Positions 22,425 to 31,937 of a stretch of DNA of 64,000 bases are shown piece by piece; the first letter of the stretch is position 1, and each line of letters opens with the position of its first letter. Source of the stretch: Paracoccaceae bacterium (lineage in GTDB: Bacteria; Pseudomonadota; Alphaproteobacteria; Rhodobacterales; Rhodobacteraceae); the NCBI GenBank assembly GCA_041397225.1, contig JAWKXB010000001.1, forward strand, positions 431,391 to 495,390. Reading direction: 5' to 3'. The translations under genes and the position numbers were made by a program. Below the pieces are notes generated by a model, which saw nothing but the letters and a program-made list of their open reading frames with translations, made no database searches and was not told the DNA's origin.

Positions 22425-23210
22425 ATGCTGAGAAAAATCGCAATCACGGCCGCTTCCGTCCTGGTCCTGTCGGGCGGCGCGGCGCTTGCGGCCGAGAGTG
22501 GGCACATCGAGGACGTCGCTTTCTCGTTCGAAGGTCCGTTTGGCACCTATGACGAACACCAGCTCCAGCGCGGACTTCAGGTCTATACCGAGGTCTGTTC
22601 ATCCTGCCACGGCATGAAATTCGTGCCGATCCGCTCACTTGCGGACGAAGGCGGCCCGCATCTGCCAGAGGATCAGGTCCGTGCCTATGCCACGCAGTTC
22701 ACCGTCACCGACAAGGAGACCGGCGAGGACCGCGACGGCAAGGAGACGGATTTCTTCCCGCATTCCTCGCTTGAAAACGCCCCCGATCTCAGCCTGATGG
22801 CCAAGGCCCGCGCCGGGTTCCACGGCCCTTACGGCACCGGGATCAACCAGTTCTTCAAAGGCATCGGCGGGCCGGAATACATCGTGGCGATCCTCACCGG
22901 CTATACCGGCGAGGAAGTCGAACAGGCCGGAACCACCTTCTATGAAAACCACGCCTTCCCCGGCGGCCTGATCGCGATGAACCCGCCGCTCAGCGACGGG
23001 CTTGTCGAATATGCCGACGGCCACGAAGCCACGGTCCATCACATGGCCGAAGACGTCGCCGCCTTCCTGATGTGGGCGGCTGAGCCGAAGATGATGGCGC
23101 GCAAGCAGGCCGGGTTCCTCGGTGTCCTGTTCCTTGGACTCCTGACCGTGCTGCTTTACCTCACGAACAAGAGGCTCTGGGCGCCTTACAAGGGCAAGAC
23201 GGCGGTCTGA
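22425..23210 (+). CDS. petC: Cytochrome c1
   Basis: ATG 22425 gives [22 protein letters not shown] (signal peptide), the heme motif CSSCHGM and a C-terminal TM anchor. The track ORF start at 21966 lies inside petB. Confidence 0.92.
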   Translation: MLRKIAITAASVLVLSGGAALAAESGHIEDVAFSFEGPFGTYDEHQLQRGLQVYTEVCSSCHGMKFVPIRSLADEGGPHLPEDQVRAYATQFTVTDKETGEDRDGKETDFFPHSSLENAPDLSLMAKARAGFHGPYGTGINQFFKGIGGPEYIVAILTGYTGEEVEQAGTTFYENHAFPGGLIAMNPPLSDGLVEYADGHEATVHHMAEDVAAFLMWAAEPKMMARKQAGFLGVLFLGLLTVLLYLTNKRLWAPYKGKTAV

Positions 23211-23235
23211 GTTGGTCCGGAACGCCGAATCGCGA

Positions 23236-23267
23236 AGACCCCGCCAGGCTGCGGGGTCTTTCGTTTT
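23236..23267 (+). terminator. Rho-independent terminator after petC
   Basis: AGACCCCGC-caggct-GCGGGGTCT, a 9-bp stem, followed by TTCGTTTT. Confidence 0.75.
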
Positions 23268-23282
23268 CCGGCGGCCTTCGGA

Positions 23283-23717
23283 CTACCCAAGTTCGATCCG
23301 CTCGCATACGATGACCAAGGTCTCGATCGCGACCTCGTTGCCGGTGGCGGCCAGCATCGGTCCTGCATACTTGGCGGGCCAGGCCTCAAAGAGGTTCCAG
23401 CGCATCACTTCCGCCCGCGCCTCGTCCAGAAGGATGATCGACACGCCGCGCCGTTCGATCTGACCGTCCACGACCTGCTTGCGCCACTGCCAGATGCCGT
23501 TCGACCCGGTTATGCCCCGCTTGAGCGTGACGTCCCCGAACTTGTGCAGGCCGGGGATTTTCCGAACGGACGGGTTCACATCGTTTCCGGCGCGGTACTC
23601 GATGACCTCGGTTTCGGAATCGAGGCCGGATACCTCGGAAAACGCGCCGTTTCCGACGCCATCGATCTCGACGATGAAGTTGTAGTTCCCGACGGGGTCT
23701 GTCGCGCGACGGGGCAT
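23283..23717 (-). CDS. Phage tail tube family protein (T4 gp19 / eCIS tube-like), orphan
   Basis: 144 aa from ATG 23717 (AAGGGAGG SD): MPRRATDPVGNYNFIVEIDGVGNGAFSEVSGLDSETEVIEYRAGND...VTLKRGIT...WPAKY...VAIETL. This is the typical pattern of the 'conserved hypothetical phage tail region protein' family. Confidence 0.75.
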   Translation of the reverse strand: MPRRATDPVGNYNFIVEIDGVGNGAFSEVSGLDSETEVIEYRAGNDVNPSVRKIPGLHKFGDVTLKRGITGSNGIWQWRKQVVDGQIERRGVSIILLDEARAEVMRWNLFEAWPAKYAGPMLAATGNEVAIETLVIVCERIELG

Positions 23718-23824
23718 GTTCGGCCTCCCTTTTTTGCTCGGCAAGTCTAGCGGTTTTCGCGACCCCGCGCGAGAGGCGGGCGAAATCGGGTGCTGCTTCG
23801 GCGCGCATTTGATAGACTCGGTCC

Positions 23825-24217
23825 ATGGCACGCGCGCCGAAAACGCCCCGAAAGACGACGGATCCGATGGTGATCCTCGACGTCGAACTGCGCGACCGCG
23901 TTCTTTACCTGCGCCTTGTCAATCGCGATGACCGTCCGGTGCGCGATGTCGTCGTCGCATTCCGGCGCAAGCTGATGGGGCTTGGCGGATCGGTCGATAT
24001 CGCCGCTCTGCCGATCTGGAAAAGGCTGACATTCATGCCGCCCGGCAAGGCGATCGAGGTGCCGCTTGACCGGGTCGAAGTATTCCTTGCGAACGATCGC
24101 GGCACACCGCTTGAGGCGACGATCCGCTACACCGATGCCGACGGCTCAGCCGCTTTAGCGACGATCACGCATGATTTCGGCGCATATCGCGACTTTCCGG
24201 GCATCATCTGTCGCTGA
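23825..24217 (+). CDS. Hypothetical protein, predicted beta-rich
   Basis: 130-aa ORF divergent from the tail-tube gene. No recognisable motif. The start could also be the internal Met (MVILDVEL...). Confidence 0.45.
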   Translation: MARAPKTPRKTTDPMVILDVELRDRVLYLRLVNRDDRPVRDVVVAFRRKLMGLGGSVDIAALPIWKRLTFMPPGKAIEVPLDRVEVFLANDRGTPLEATIRYTDADGSAALATITHDFGAYRDFPGIICR

Positions 24218-24917
24218 GGCCGCCCCGCCCTAGATATGCGGCGAGCGCGGGGGGCGGATCGGCGAAAAGCGCTGCGGTCGATCGCGGCGGGTGCGCCTTG
24301 CCCTCAGCGACAAGAATCGTCTGGTCGGCAAGGCGGTGGGCGTCATCCGGGTCATGGCTGACCATCAGCACGGTCGCACCGGTTTCGCTGGCGATCCCGG
24401 CGACCAGGGCCAGCATCTCAGCCTTTAGGGCGGGGCCAAGGGCAGAGAACGGTTCATCCAGCAGCATGAGCGGCCGGGCGCGCAGAAGCGTGCGGGCCAG
24501 CGCCACGCGGCTTTGCTGTCCACCGGACAGTGTCGCCGGCTTGCGGCCTTCCAACCCGGCAAGCCCGGTACGGCGCAGCGCCTCGTCGACCGACGCTTGT
24601 TGCGCTGCCGAAAGCCGGAGGTCGGCTCGGAGCCCGAGACCGACATTCTGCCCAACGGTGAGGTGCGGGAAGAGGTTCTGATCCTGAAACAGGATGGAAA
24701 GCGGCCTTTCGCCCGGCGCCGTGTCCGTGATGTCCTCGTCGTTCCAGAGAACACGACCCGAGGCGGCCGCGAAGAAGCCCGCGATCACCGACAGAAGCGT
24801 CGATTTGCCCGCACCCGAAGGGCCGATCACCGCGGTCAGCGCGCCCGCCGCGACGGAAAAGTCCGCTGTCAGCCGGAAATCGTCCTGCGTGATGACAAGG
24901 TTTTCAAGCGTCAGCAT
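24204..24917 (-). CDS. thiQ: Thiamine ABC transporter ATP-binding protein
   Basis: 237 aa. Walker A GPSGAGKST, signature LSGGQQSRVALAR, Walker B LMLLDEP. Last gene of a TPP-riboswitch-led operon. Confidence 0.85.
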   Translation of the reverse strand: MLTLENLVITQDDFRLTADFSVAAGALTAVIGPSGAGKSTLLSVIAGFFAAASGRVLWNDEDITDTAPGERPLSILFQDQNLFPHLTVGQNVGLGLRADLRLSAAQQASVDEALRRTGLAGLEGRKPATLSGGQQSRVALARTLLRARPLMLLDEPFSALGPALKAEMLALVAGIASETGATVLMVSHDPDDAHRLADQTILVAEGKAHPPRSTAALFADPPPALAAYLGRGGLSDR

Positions 24918-26451
24918 CGGCGCGGCCTCCTCTGTCGAAAGCCCAGAACAGAAGCAGGCTCAACGCCAGCAGCAGCACCGCCGCAGCGGCGGCATCCGCC
25001 ATCCGGTAGGCGCCCATCAGCCGGTAGAGCTGAAGTGGAAGCGTCGTCGTTTCACCATCGGCGAAAAGCGCGATGACACCGAGATCGCCCATAGACAGCG
25101 CGGCCGCCAGTCCACCGGCGAAGCCCAGCGGGCGCCGCAGCCTTGGCAGGGTCAGGTACCTAAGCCTAGCGCGCCCCCGCAGCCCAAGGCTTTGCGCAAG
25201 ACGGCCATAACCCGTCTCAAGGTCGCGAGCCGCCGGGATCAGCGCGCGCAGACAAAAGGGGAGCGCCATCGCGGCATTGACGACGACCGTCACCGGAAGC
25301 GCCAGCGAAGCCGGACTCGCCATCGGTCGCAGGATCAGAAAGAGTCCGGTCCCCAGCACCAATGACGATGCCACGATGGGCAACATTCCGACCAGTTCGA
25401 ACAGCTTGCCGCGCACGGCCGCGAGTGCGAGCGGCAGCGCGAGGATGAGAGCAAGTGCTGTCGACCCTGCTGCAACCGCGAGAGAGCGGAGCGCCGCCAG
25501 CCACACCGATGCGGGCAGCGACGCGACTCCCGGCAGGCCGGCCATCACCACTGCCGCGAGCGGAGCGATCAGGAACCCAGCCGCCAGAATGAGGAAAAGA
25601 CCGTCTTGCAATCGTAGCAGCCTTGCGCCGGCGTCCCAGCGCGCCACTGGCCGATCCAATCCCGCGCCGAACGCCGCCGGGATCGCGAACCGCGTGGCCA
25701 GCAGAATCGCCGCAGCGCACAGCATTAGCTGGAGCGTCGCCATGGTGGCCGCGCGGCCCGGATCGAAATCGAAGCGGAATGCCTGGTAGATGGCAAGCTC
25801 AACGGTCGTTGCCTTCGGTCCTCCGCCAAGGGTCAGTGCGACGGCAAAGCTCGTCAGGCAGATCAGGAAGATCGTGACGAAGATGCCGGGCGCCAGCGCA
25901 CGCAGCATCGGACGCTCAAGAAGACACATGATCTCGGATGGGCCGAGACCAAGCGACGCGGCAAGGCGGAACCGTTCCGTGGGGATCGCGAGCCAGCCTT
26001 GCAGAAGAAGGCGCACCGCCAGCGGCAGGTTGAAGAAGACATGCGCGAGAACGACGCCTTCAAAGCCGTAAATGGACACCCGGCCCAGCCCCAGTGCGGC
26101 AAGTCCGTCGTTGAGCACCCCGGCCCGCCCGAAGATGGCCAGGATACCCATGACGGCGACGATCACCGGCAGGATGAACGGCGCGCCGAGAAGCGTGATC
26201 AGTATCCCGCGCCCCGGAAAGCGCCGACGCGCCAGCGCGCGCGCGACTGGAACAGCCAGAACGAGACTGACCAGAGCCGAAACCAATGCCTGCGTCACGG
26301 TGAACCGCACCGCCGCCCAGTCGGCAGGTCCAAGCGCCGCGAACCCATCGGCGTGCCAAAGGACGGCGCCAAGTGTCCCGAGTACCAGCGCAAGCACCAA
26401 CCCTGCGGCGGCAATCCCGCCAGGGTTCAGCGGCTGAGCGCGGCTTGCCAT
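24904..26451 (-). CDS. thiP: Thiamine ABC transporter permease (duplicated)
   Basis: 515 aa, about 12 TM segments, two permease halves. It sits between thiB and thiQ with overlapping stops and starts. Confidence 0.85.
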   Translation of the reverse strand: MASRAQPLNPGGIAAAGLVLALVLGTLGAVLWHADGFAALGPADWAAVRFTVTQALVSALVSLVLAVPVARALARRRFPGRGILITLLGAPFILPVIVAVMGILAIFGRAGVLNDGLAALGLGRVSIYGFEGVVLAHVFFNLPLAVRLLLQGWLAIPTERFRLAASLGLGPSEIMCLLERPMLRALAPGIFVTIFLICLTSFAVALTLGGGPKATTVELAIYQAFRFDFDPGRAATMATLQLMLCAAAILLATRFAIPAAFGAGLDRPVARWDAGARLLRLQDGLFLILAAGFLIAPLAAVVMAGLPGVASLPASVWLAALRSLAVAAGSTALALILALPLALAAVRGKLFELVGMLPIVASSLVLGTGLFLILRPMASPASLALPVTVVVNAAMALPFCLRALIPAARDLETGYGRLAQSLGLRGRARLRYLTLPRLRRPLGFAGGLAAALSMGDLGVIALFADGETTTLPLQLYRLMGAYRMADAAAAAVLLLALSLLLFWAFDRGGRADADA

Positions 26452-27416
26452 TCGGCCAATGCCTCATCCCGGATCTTCGCCGCTTCGCCTGCCGGATAGA
26501 AAAGCACCTTCTCGGGCGCGATCAGCGTCTCGAACTCTGTCGGCAAGCCGCCCGGCGGGGTGACGGCCGGGTACATCCAGTTGGTTTCCGGAATCACCTT
26601 CTGGAAATCAGCCGAGATGACGAAGGACAGAAACCGGTCGGCAAGCTCACCCTCGTCCGACGAGGCGACCTTGGCTGCAACTTCGACCTGAAGATAGTGG
26701 CCCTCAGCAAACGCGGCAGCGGCCTTGCTGCCGTCGCCTTCGGCGATAAGGTGATAGGCGGGCGACGTCGTGTAGGACAGGACCATGTCCGCCTCGCCTT
26801 CAAGGAACATGCCGTAGGCTTCGGACCATCCCGGCGTCACGGTGACGATGTTGCCGGCCAGCGCTTCCCAGATGTCGCTTGCGCGTTCGCCATAGGCGGA
26901 CTTGACCCACAGAAGAAGCCCCAGTCCGGGCGTCGATGAACGAGGATCTTCGATGACGATCCGGAGGTCGGAAGCCGCCAGAGCCTCGAAATCCGCTGGA
27001 ACGCTCTCGATCTTCGTCTTGTCGTAGACAAAGGCGAAGTAGCCCCAATCATAGGGAACAAAGACCGGATCGTCCCATGCGAGCGGCAGGTCGTACTCAA
27101 CATCGCCAAGCCCGTGATCGGCGAAAAGACCGCTCTCGGCTGCAGCATCCGTGAGGTTGGTATCGAGGCCGAGCACGACATCGGCATCGGTATCGGCCCC
27201 CTCAAGCAGAAGCCGCGACAGAAGCGCCGCCCCGTCCCCCGAGGCAACGAACTTCAGATCGCAGCCGCAATAGCTTTCGAATGCCGCCTCCACCCGCGGC
27301 CCCGGCCCCCATTCGGAAACGAAGCTGTCATAGGTGTAGACAGTGAGGACAGGTTTGTCCGCAGCGCCCGCTGCCGACGCGCAAAGCAGACCCGCGATCA
27401 TCAGGGAGTGTCTCAT
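26427..27416 (-). CDS. thiB: Thiamine ABC transporter periplasmic binding protein
   Basis: 329 aa. Signal peptide MRHSLMIAGLLCASAAGAADKP, GGAGGA SD, immediately 3' of a TPP riboswitch. Confidence 0.85.
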   Translation of the reverse strand: MRHSLMIAGLLCASAAGAADKPVLTVYTYDSFVSEWGPGPRVEAAFESYCGCDLKFVASGDGAALLSRLLLEGADTDADVVLGLDTNLTDAAAESGLFADHGLGDVEYDLPLAWDDPVFVPYDWGYFAFVYDKTKIESVPADFEALAASDLRIVIEDPRSSTPGLGLLLWVKSAYGERASDIWEALAGNIVTVTPGWSEAYGMFLEGEADMVLSYTTSPAYHLIAEGDGSKAAAAFAEGHYLQVEVAAKVASSDEGELADRFLSFVISADFQKVIPETNWMYPAVTPPGGLPTEFETLIAPEKVLFYPAGEAAKIRDEALAEWQAALSR

Positions 27417-27465
27417 CTCTCATCCTCCAATTGTCAGGTGGTCGGAGATGGGGTGGCATGTGAGC

Positions 27466-27552
27466 CGAACCTTCCCTCCGCCGGTCTTAACCGGTTCAGG
27501 TTCAACGGGTTCGCGTGTCGCATCTCAGCCCTGACGCCAGAGCACCCCGAGG
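27466..27552 (-). promoter_or_regulatory. TPP riboswitch (THI element)
   Basis: The minus strand reads GGGGTGCTCTGGCGTCAGGGCTGAGATGCGACACGCGAACCCGTTGAACCTGAACCGGTTAAGACCGGCGGAGGGAAGG, which contains the conserved CTGAGA, ACCC..GAACCTGA and GGGA elements. Confidence 0.9.
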
Positions 27553-27589
27553 TAAGTGCAACTTAACCATCGGTGCAGATGTCCGCAAG

Positions 27590-28408
27590 TCAGGCCGGGT
27601 CAGGCGCCCCGAGACTGCGCGAAACCTTTGCCGCAGCCTCCCTGACGAGCGCGCCGATCCGGTCGATCTCGCTTTCGGTCATGCGGTGGGTCGGGCCGGA
27701 AACCGAAATCCCCGCGACAGCTTCGCCATGCGCGTTGAGGATGGGTGCGGCGACGCAGCGCATGCCGGTGTTCTTTTCCTCGTCATCGACGGCAAAGCCC
27801 CTGACGCGCGCGACCTGAAGCTCCTCCTTCAGCCGCTCGACCGTGCCGATCGTCTTGGCGGTGAACCGCTCCAGGGGGTTGTTCCGCAGGAACCGGTCGA
27901 TGCGCCCCTCGTCGTAAAGACTCAGGAGCGCCTTGCCGATCCCCGAGGCGTGCATCGGCGACAGCGTTCCCGGCGGAAAGAACGCGCGGATCGATTCCTG
28001 CGTCTCGATCTGGCTGACGAACATTATATCGCCATCCTTCTCGATCCCGAGATTGGAGGTTTCACCCGTCGCGTCGGTCAACTCACGCATGACCGGGCGG
28101 CTCTTGTCGGCAACGCCGCTGCGGCGCAGGAAAGCGGAACCCAGACGAAACGCCGTGGGGCCGATGTGCCAGCCTTGGGTCCGCGGGTCGGTCTCGACGA
28201 ATTCCCGCGCTTCGAGCGTAGAAAGCACACGATACATCGTCGCCGGCGACTGGTTCAGTGCTTCGGATACCTCCGTGAGCGTCAGCCCGTTGCCCGATGC
28301 CAGCGCCTCAAGAACGGTGAGAGCCCGGTCCAGCGACTGGATCGTTGTCTCGGACGGCTCATGGTCGAAACCTTTTGGTCGACCCTTGCGTCGCGCGGCA
28401 GGTTGCAT
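27590..28408 (-). CDS. bhcR: IclR-family transcriptional regulator (BhcR-type)
   Basis: ATG 28408 gives MQPAARRKGRPKG...IQSLDRALTVLEALASGNGLTLTEVSEALNQSPATMYRVLSTLE (IclR HTH) followed by an effector domain. Divergent from bhcA. Confidence 0.85.
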   Translation of the reverse strand: MQPAARRKGRPKGFDHEPSETTIQSLDRALTVLEALASGNGLTLTEVSEALNQSPATMYRVLSTLEAREFVETDPRTQGWHIGPTAFRLGSAFLRRSGVADKSRPVMRELTDATGETSNLGIEKDGDIMFVSQIETQESIRAFFPPGTLSPMHASGIGKALLSLYDEGRIDRFLRNNPLERFTAKTIGTVERLKEELQVARVRGFAVDDEEKNTGMRCVAAPILNAHGEAVAGISVSGPTHRMTESEIDRIGALVREAAAKVSRSLGAPDPA

Positions 28409-28522
28409 TCTTCCATCCCGGACAGGAAAACGAATACTCTTTCTGACTAAGCATGAAAAACAAGTCCGGCCAATGAAAAAATGCAAGAGATTGTAAAATA
28501 ACTAAAATCTGTCATCCTCACA

Positions 28523-28545
28523 TTTTTGAAAAAACATTTCAAAAA
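28523..28545. promoter_or_regulatory. Inverted repeat TTTTTGAAA-aaaca-TTTCAAAAA in the AT-rich bhcR/bhcA control region (candidate BhcR operator)
   Basis: Perfect 9-bp arms with a 5-bp spacer, inside a roughly 110-bp AT-rich island (28441-28550) in an otherwise GC-rich window. Confidence 0.5.
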
Positions 28546-28605
28546 AATTGGGAATCGCTGCGGCTTGCTCTATGGTCAGTGCAACCGTCACAGGAGGGCA
28601 CGAAC

Positions 28606-29793
28606 ATGAGCTTCCAGAACCCCGTCTTCATCCCCGGCCCCACCAACATGCCCGAGGTCGTCCGTCAGGCCTGCTACATGCCGACGATCGACCACCGTTC
28701 ACCGGTCTTCGGCAAGATCCTCAATCCGTGCCTTGAAGGTGTCCGGAAGGTTCTGAAATCCGACAGCGCAAAGATCTTCATCTTCCCCTCGACCGGCACG
28801 GGCGGCTGGGAAACGGCGCTGACCAACACCCTTTCGCCCGGCGACAAGGTGCTTGCGGCGCGGAACGGCATGTTCTCCCACCGGTGGATCGACATGTGCC
28901 AGCGGCACGGACTGACGGTCGACGTGGTTGAGGCCCCGTGGGGTGCCGGCATCCCCGCCGACCGCTACGAGGAGATCCTGACCGCGGACAAGAACCACGA
29001 AATCAAGGTGGTTCTGGCCACGCACAACGAAACTGCAACCGGCGTCAAGTCCGACATCGCCGCCGTACGCCGCGCGATGGACAAGGCCAAGCATCCCGCG
29101 ATGCTCTTTGTCGATGGCGTCTCTTCCATCGCGTCGATGGATTTCCGCATGGACGAATGGAGCGTCGACATCGCCGTGACAGGGTCGCAAAAGGGCTTCA
29201 TGCTGCCCGCCGGCCTCGCCATTGTCGGGTTCTCGGAAAAGGCGATGTCGGCGGTCGAGAGCGCCAAGCTTCCGCGCACCTTCTTCGACGTCCGCGACAT
29301 GGCCAAGGGCTATGCCAACAACGCCTTCCCCTACACGCCGCCGGTCGGCCTCATGAACGGGCTGAAACTGTCGCTCGACATGCTGCTGTCCGAGGGGCTG
29401 GACAACGTCTTCGCGCGCCACACCCGCATCGCCGAAGGCGTGCGCCGCGCGGTTGATGCCTGGGGGCTGGAGCTGTGCGCCAAAAGCCCGCAGGTCTATT
29501 CCGACACCGTGAGTGCCATCCGCACGCCCGAGGGCTTCAACGCGACCGACATCGTCACCCGTGCAGCCAGCGACTACGGCATGGCTTTCGGCGTCGGACT
29601 TGGCGAGGTTGCGGGCAAGGTGTTCAGGATCGGCCATCTGGGCATGCTCACCGACGCGCTGATGCTGTCGGGGCTGGCAACGGCCGAGATGGTGATGGTA
29701 GACCTTGGATTGCCGGTCAGGCTCGGCTCGGGCGTCGCGGCGGCTCAGGAATTCTACCGGCACGGCAGCGCAAAGAAAAAGGCGGCCGCGTGA
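28606..29793 (+). CDS. bhcA: Class V aminotransferase; aspartate-glyoxylate aminotransferase (BhcA-type)
   Basis: ATG 28606 (AGGAGGG SD) gives MSFQNPVFIPGPTNMPEVVRQA.... The PLP-Lys region is TGSQKGFMLPAG. First gene of the bhc-type operon. Confidence 0.8.
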   Translation: MSFQNPVFIPGPTNMPEVVRQACYMPTIDHRSPVFGKILNPCLEGVRKVLKSDSAKIFIFPSTGTGGWETALTNTLSPGDKVLAARNGMFSHRWIDMCQRHGLTVDVVEAPWGAGIPADRYEEILTADKNHEIKVVLATHNETATGVKSDIAAVRRAMDKAKHPAMLFVDGVSSIASMDFRMDEWSVDIAVTGSQKGFMLPAGLAIVGFSEKAMSAVESAKLPRTFFDVRDMAKGYANNAFPYTPPVGLMNGLKLSLDMLLSEGLDNVFARHTRIAEGVRRAVDAWGLELCAKSPQVYSDTVSAIRTPEGFNATDIVTRAASDYGMAFGVGLGEVAGKVFRIGHLGMLTDALMLSGLATAEMVMVDLGLPVRLGSGVAAAQEFYRHGSAKKKAAA

Positions 29794-30758
29794 TGAAGGG
29801 CGCAAGTGAGATGTACATTCCGACCCTTGCCGACATGCTCGTCGCGCACGAACGCATCAAGCCGCATATTCATCGCACGCCTGTCCTGACCTCTCGCTTC
29901 ATCAACGACCTGACTGGGGCGGAGTTGTTCTTCAAGTGCGAGAACCTGCAAAAGGCGGGGGCGTTCAAGGCGCGCGGGGCGTCGAATGCGGTTTTCGGAC
30001 TGACGGACGAGCAGGCCAGTAAGGGTGTCGCGACCCATTCCAGCGGCAATCATGGCACGTGCCTCAGCTATGCCGCCGGGCGCAGGGGCATTCCCTGCAC
30101 CGTCGTGATGCCTCGCACAGCGCCGCAGGCCAAGAAGGATGCCGTGAAGGGTTATGGGGGCAAGGTTGTGGAGTGTGAACCCTCGACCACCAGCCGTGAG
30201 GCGGTCTTTGCCGAGGTCGTCGCCAAGACCGGCGCCGAGTTCGTGCATCCTTACAACGATCATCGCGTGATCGCCGGGCAAGGCACGTGCTCAAAGGAAA
30301 TGATCGAGCAGGTGGCCAGTCTTGATGCCGCGATCGCGCCCATCGGCGGCGGCGGCATGGTGTCGGGCACGTGCCTTACGCTCTCCAATCTCGCGCCGAA
30401 CGTGAAGATCTATGCCGCCGAGCCGGAGCAGGCCGATGATGCCTATCGGAGTTTCAAGGCCGGCCACATCATCGCCGACGACGCGCCCGAAACGGTTGCC
30501 GACGGCCTCAAGGTGCCGCTCAAGGACTTGACCTGGCACTTCGTCAAGAATCATGTGACTGACATCCTCACCGCTTCCGAGGAAGAGATCGTCGATGCGA
30601 TGAAACTCATCTGGAAGCGCATGAAGATCGTCATGGAACCGTCGAGCGCCGTGCCGCTCGCGACGATCCTGAAGAACAAGAACGTCTTTGCCGGCAAGCG
30701 TGTCGGCGTCATCGTTACCGGCGGCAATGTCGATCTCGACAAACTGCCCTGGATGTAA
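29793..30758 (+). CDS. bhcB: Serine/threonine-dehydratase-fold PLP enzyme; beta-hydroxyaspartate dehydratase (BhcB-type)
   Basis: The start overlaps the bhcA stop (TGATG); ATG 29811 is an alternative. The PLP-Lys motif is FFKCENLQKAGAFKARGA, with HSSGNHG nearby. The track ORF start at 29475 lies inside bhcA. Confidence 0.8.
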   Translation: MKGASEMYIPTLADMLVAHERIKPHIHRTPVLTSRFINDLTGAELFFKCENLQKAGAFKARGASNAVFGLTDEQASKGVATHSSGNHGTCLSYAAGRRGIPCTVVMPRTAPQAKKDAVKGYGGKVVECEPSTTSREAVFAEVVAKTGAEFVHPYNDHRVIAGQGTCSKEMIEQVASLDAAIAPIGGGGMVSGTCLTLSNLAPNVKIYAAEPEQADDAYRSFKAGHIIADDAPETVADGLKVPLKDLTWHFVKNHVTDILTASEEEIVDAMKLIWKRMKIVMEPSSAVPLATILKNKNVFAGKRVGVIVTGGNVDLDKLPWM

Positions 30759-30773
30759 GCCAAGGAGGCCAAA

Positions 30774-31937
30774 ATGAACGCTCCCGTGAACCTCAACGCC
30801 CTTGAAGTCGGCTACGACATTCCGGCCAAGCCCGGCATGGACGAAAAGGACATCCAGACGCCTTGCCTGATACTCGACCTCGACGCGCTTGAGCGCAATG
30901 TCAAGAAGATGGGCGACTTCGCCAAGAAGATGGGTGTGCGCCATCGGTCGCATGGCAAGATGCACAAGTCCGTGGATGTGCAGAAGCTTCAGGAAAGCCT
31001 TGGCGGCGCCTGCGGCGTCTGCTGCCAGAAAGTTTCCGAGGCGGAAGTCTTTGTGCGCGGCGGCATCAAGGATGTGCTGGTGTCCAACCAGGTCCGCGAT
31101 GCGGCAAAGATCGACCGTCTCGCGCGCCTGCCCAAGCTTGGCGCGCGCATCCTCGTCTGCGTCGACGATGCGGATAACGTGAAGGATCTCTCGGCGGCGG
31201 CGGAAAAGCATGGCACCGAAATCGAGTGCCTCGTGGAGATCGACTGTGGCGCAGGCCGCTGCGGCGTCACCACGACGCAGGATGTCGTGAACATCGCCAA
31301 GGCCATCGACGCCGCGCCGGGCCTGAAGTTCGGTGGCATCCAGGCCTACCAGGGCGCGATGCAGCATCTCGACAAGTATGAGGACCGCAAGGCCAAGCTC
31401 GACATCGCCATCGACATGGTGCGTGACGCGGTCCAGGGGTTGAAGGCGCAGGGCCTTGACTGCGACATTGTCGGCGGCGGTGGCACCGGAAGCTACTATT
31501 TCGAAGGCAATTCAGGTGTTTACAACGAGCTTCAGTGCGGCTCCTATGCCTTCATGGATGCCGACTACGGCCGCATCCTCGACAAGGATGGCAAGCGGAT
31601 CGACCAGGGCGAATGGGAGAATGCGCTTTTCATCCTGACGTCGGTCATGTCCCATGCCAAGGACAACAAGGCCATCGTCGATGCCGGCCTCAAGGCCCAG
31701 TCGGTCGATAGCGGCCTGCCGTTCGTCTATGGCCGCGACGATGTGAAGTACGTCAAATGCTCGGACGAACATGGCGTCGTCGAGGATCCGAACGGGGTGC
31801 TGAAGATCAACGAAAAGCTCCGTCTGGTGCCGGGTCATTGCGATCCGACCTGCAATGTTCATGACTGGTATGTCGGCGTCCGGAACGGCAAGGTTGAAAC
31901 CGTCTGGCCGGTCTCGGCCCGCGGCAAGGCGTATTGA
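30774..31937 (+). CDS. bhcC: Alanine-racemase-fold / D-threonine-aldolase-like PLP enzyme; beta-hydroxyaspartate aldolase (BhcC-type)
   Basis: 387 aa. TPCLILDLDALERNVKKM...HGKMHKS (PLP-Lys) and a C-terminal D-serine-dehydratase-like domain (VPGHCDPTCN). Confidence 0.8.
   Translation: MNAPVNLNALEVGYDIPAKPGMDEKDIQTPCLILDLDALERNVKKMGDFAKKMGVRHRSHGKMHKSVDVQKLQESLGGACGVCCQKVSEAEVFVRGGIKDVLVSNQVRDAAKIDRLARLPKLGARILVCVDDADNVKDLSAAAEKHGTEIECLVEIDCGAGRCGVTTTQDVVNIAKAIDAAPGLKFGGIQAYQGAMQHLDKYEDRKAKLDIAIDMVRDAVQGLKAQGLDCDIVGGGGTGSYYFEGNSGVYNELQCGSYAFMDADYGRILDKDGKRIDQGEWENALFILTSVMSHAKDNKAIVDAGLKAQSVDSGLPFVYGRDDVKYVKCSDEHGVVEDPNGVLKINEKLRLVPGHCDPTCNVHDWYVGVRNGKVETVWPVSARGKAY

Noticed and set aside
23283-24217. 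Interpreting the tail-tube gene as evidence of a prophage, GTA or eCIS locus
   Set aside because: I found no sheath, baseplate, capsid, terminase, integrase, tRNA-adjacent att repeat or obvious compositional shift nearby, and the flanks are bc1 and thiamine-transport genes. It is kept only as an orphan gene.
28606-29793. Calling the class V aminotransferase the serine-cycle serine-glyoxylate aminotransferase (sgaA)
   Set aside because: No serine-cycle partners (hpr, gck, mcl, mtk in a proper context) are present. The gene order with the dehydratase, aldolase and OCD-family reductase behind an IclR regulator fits bhcA instead.
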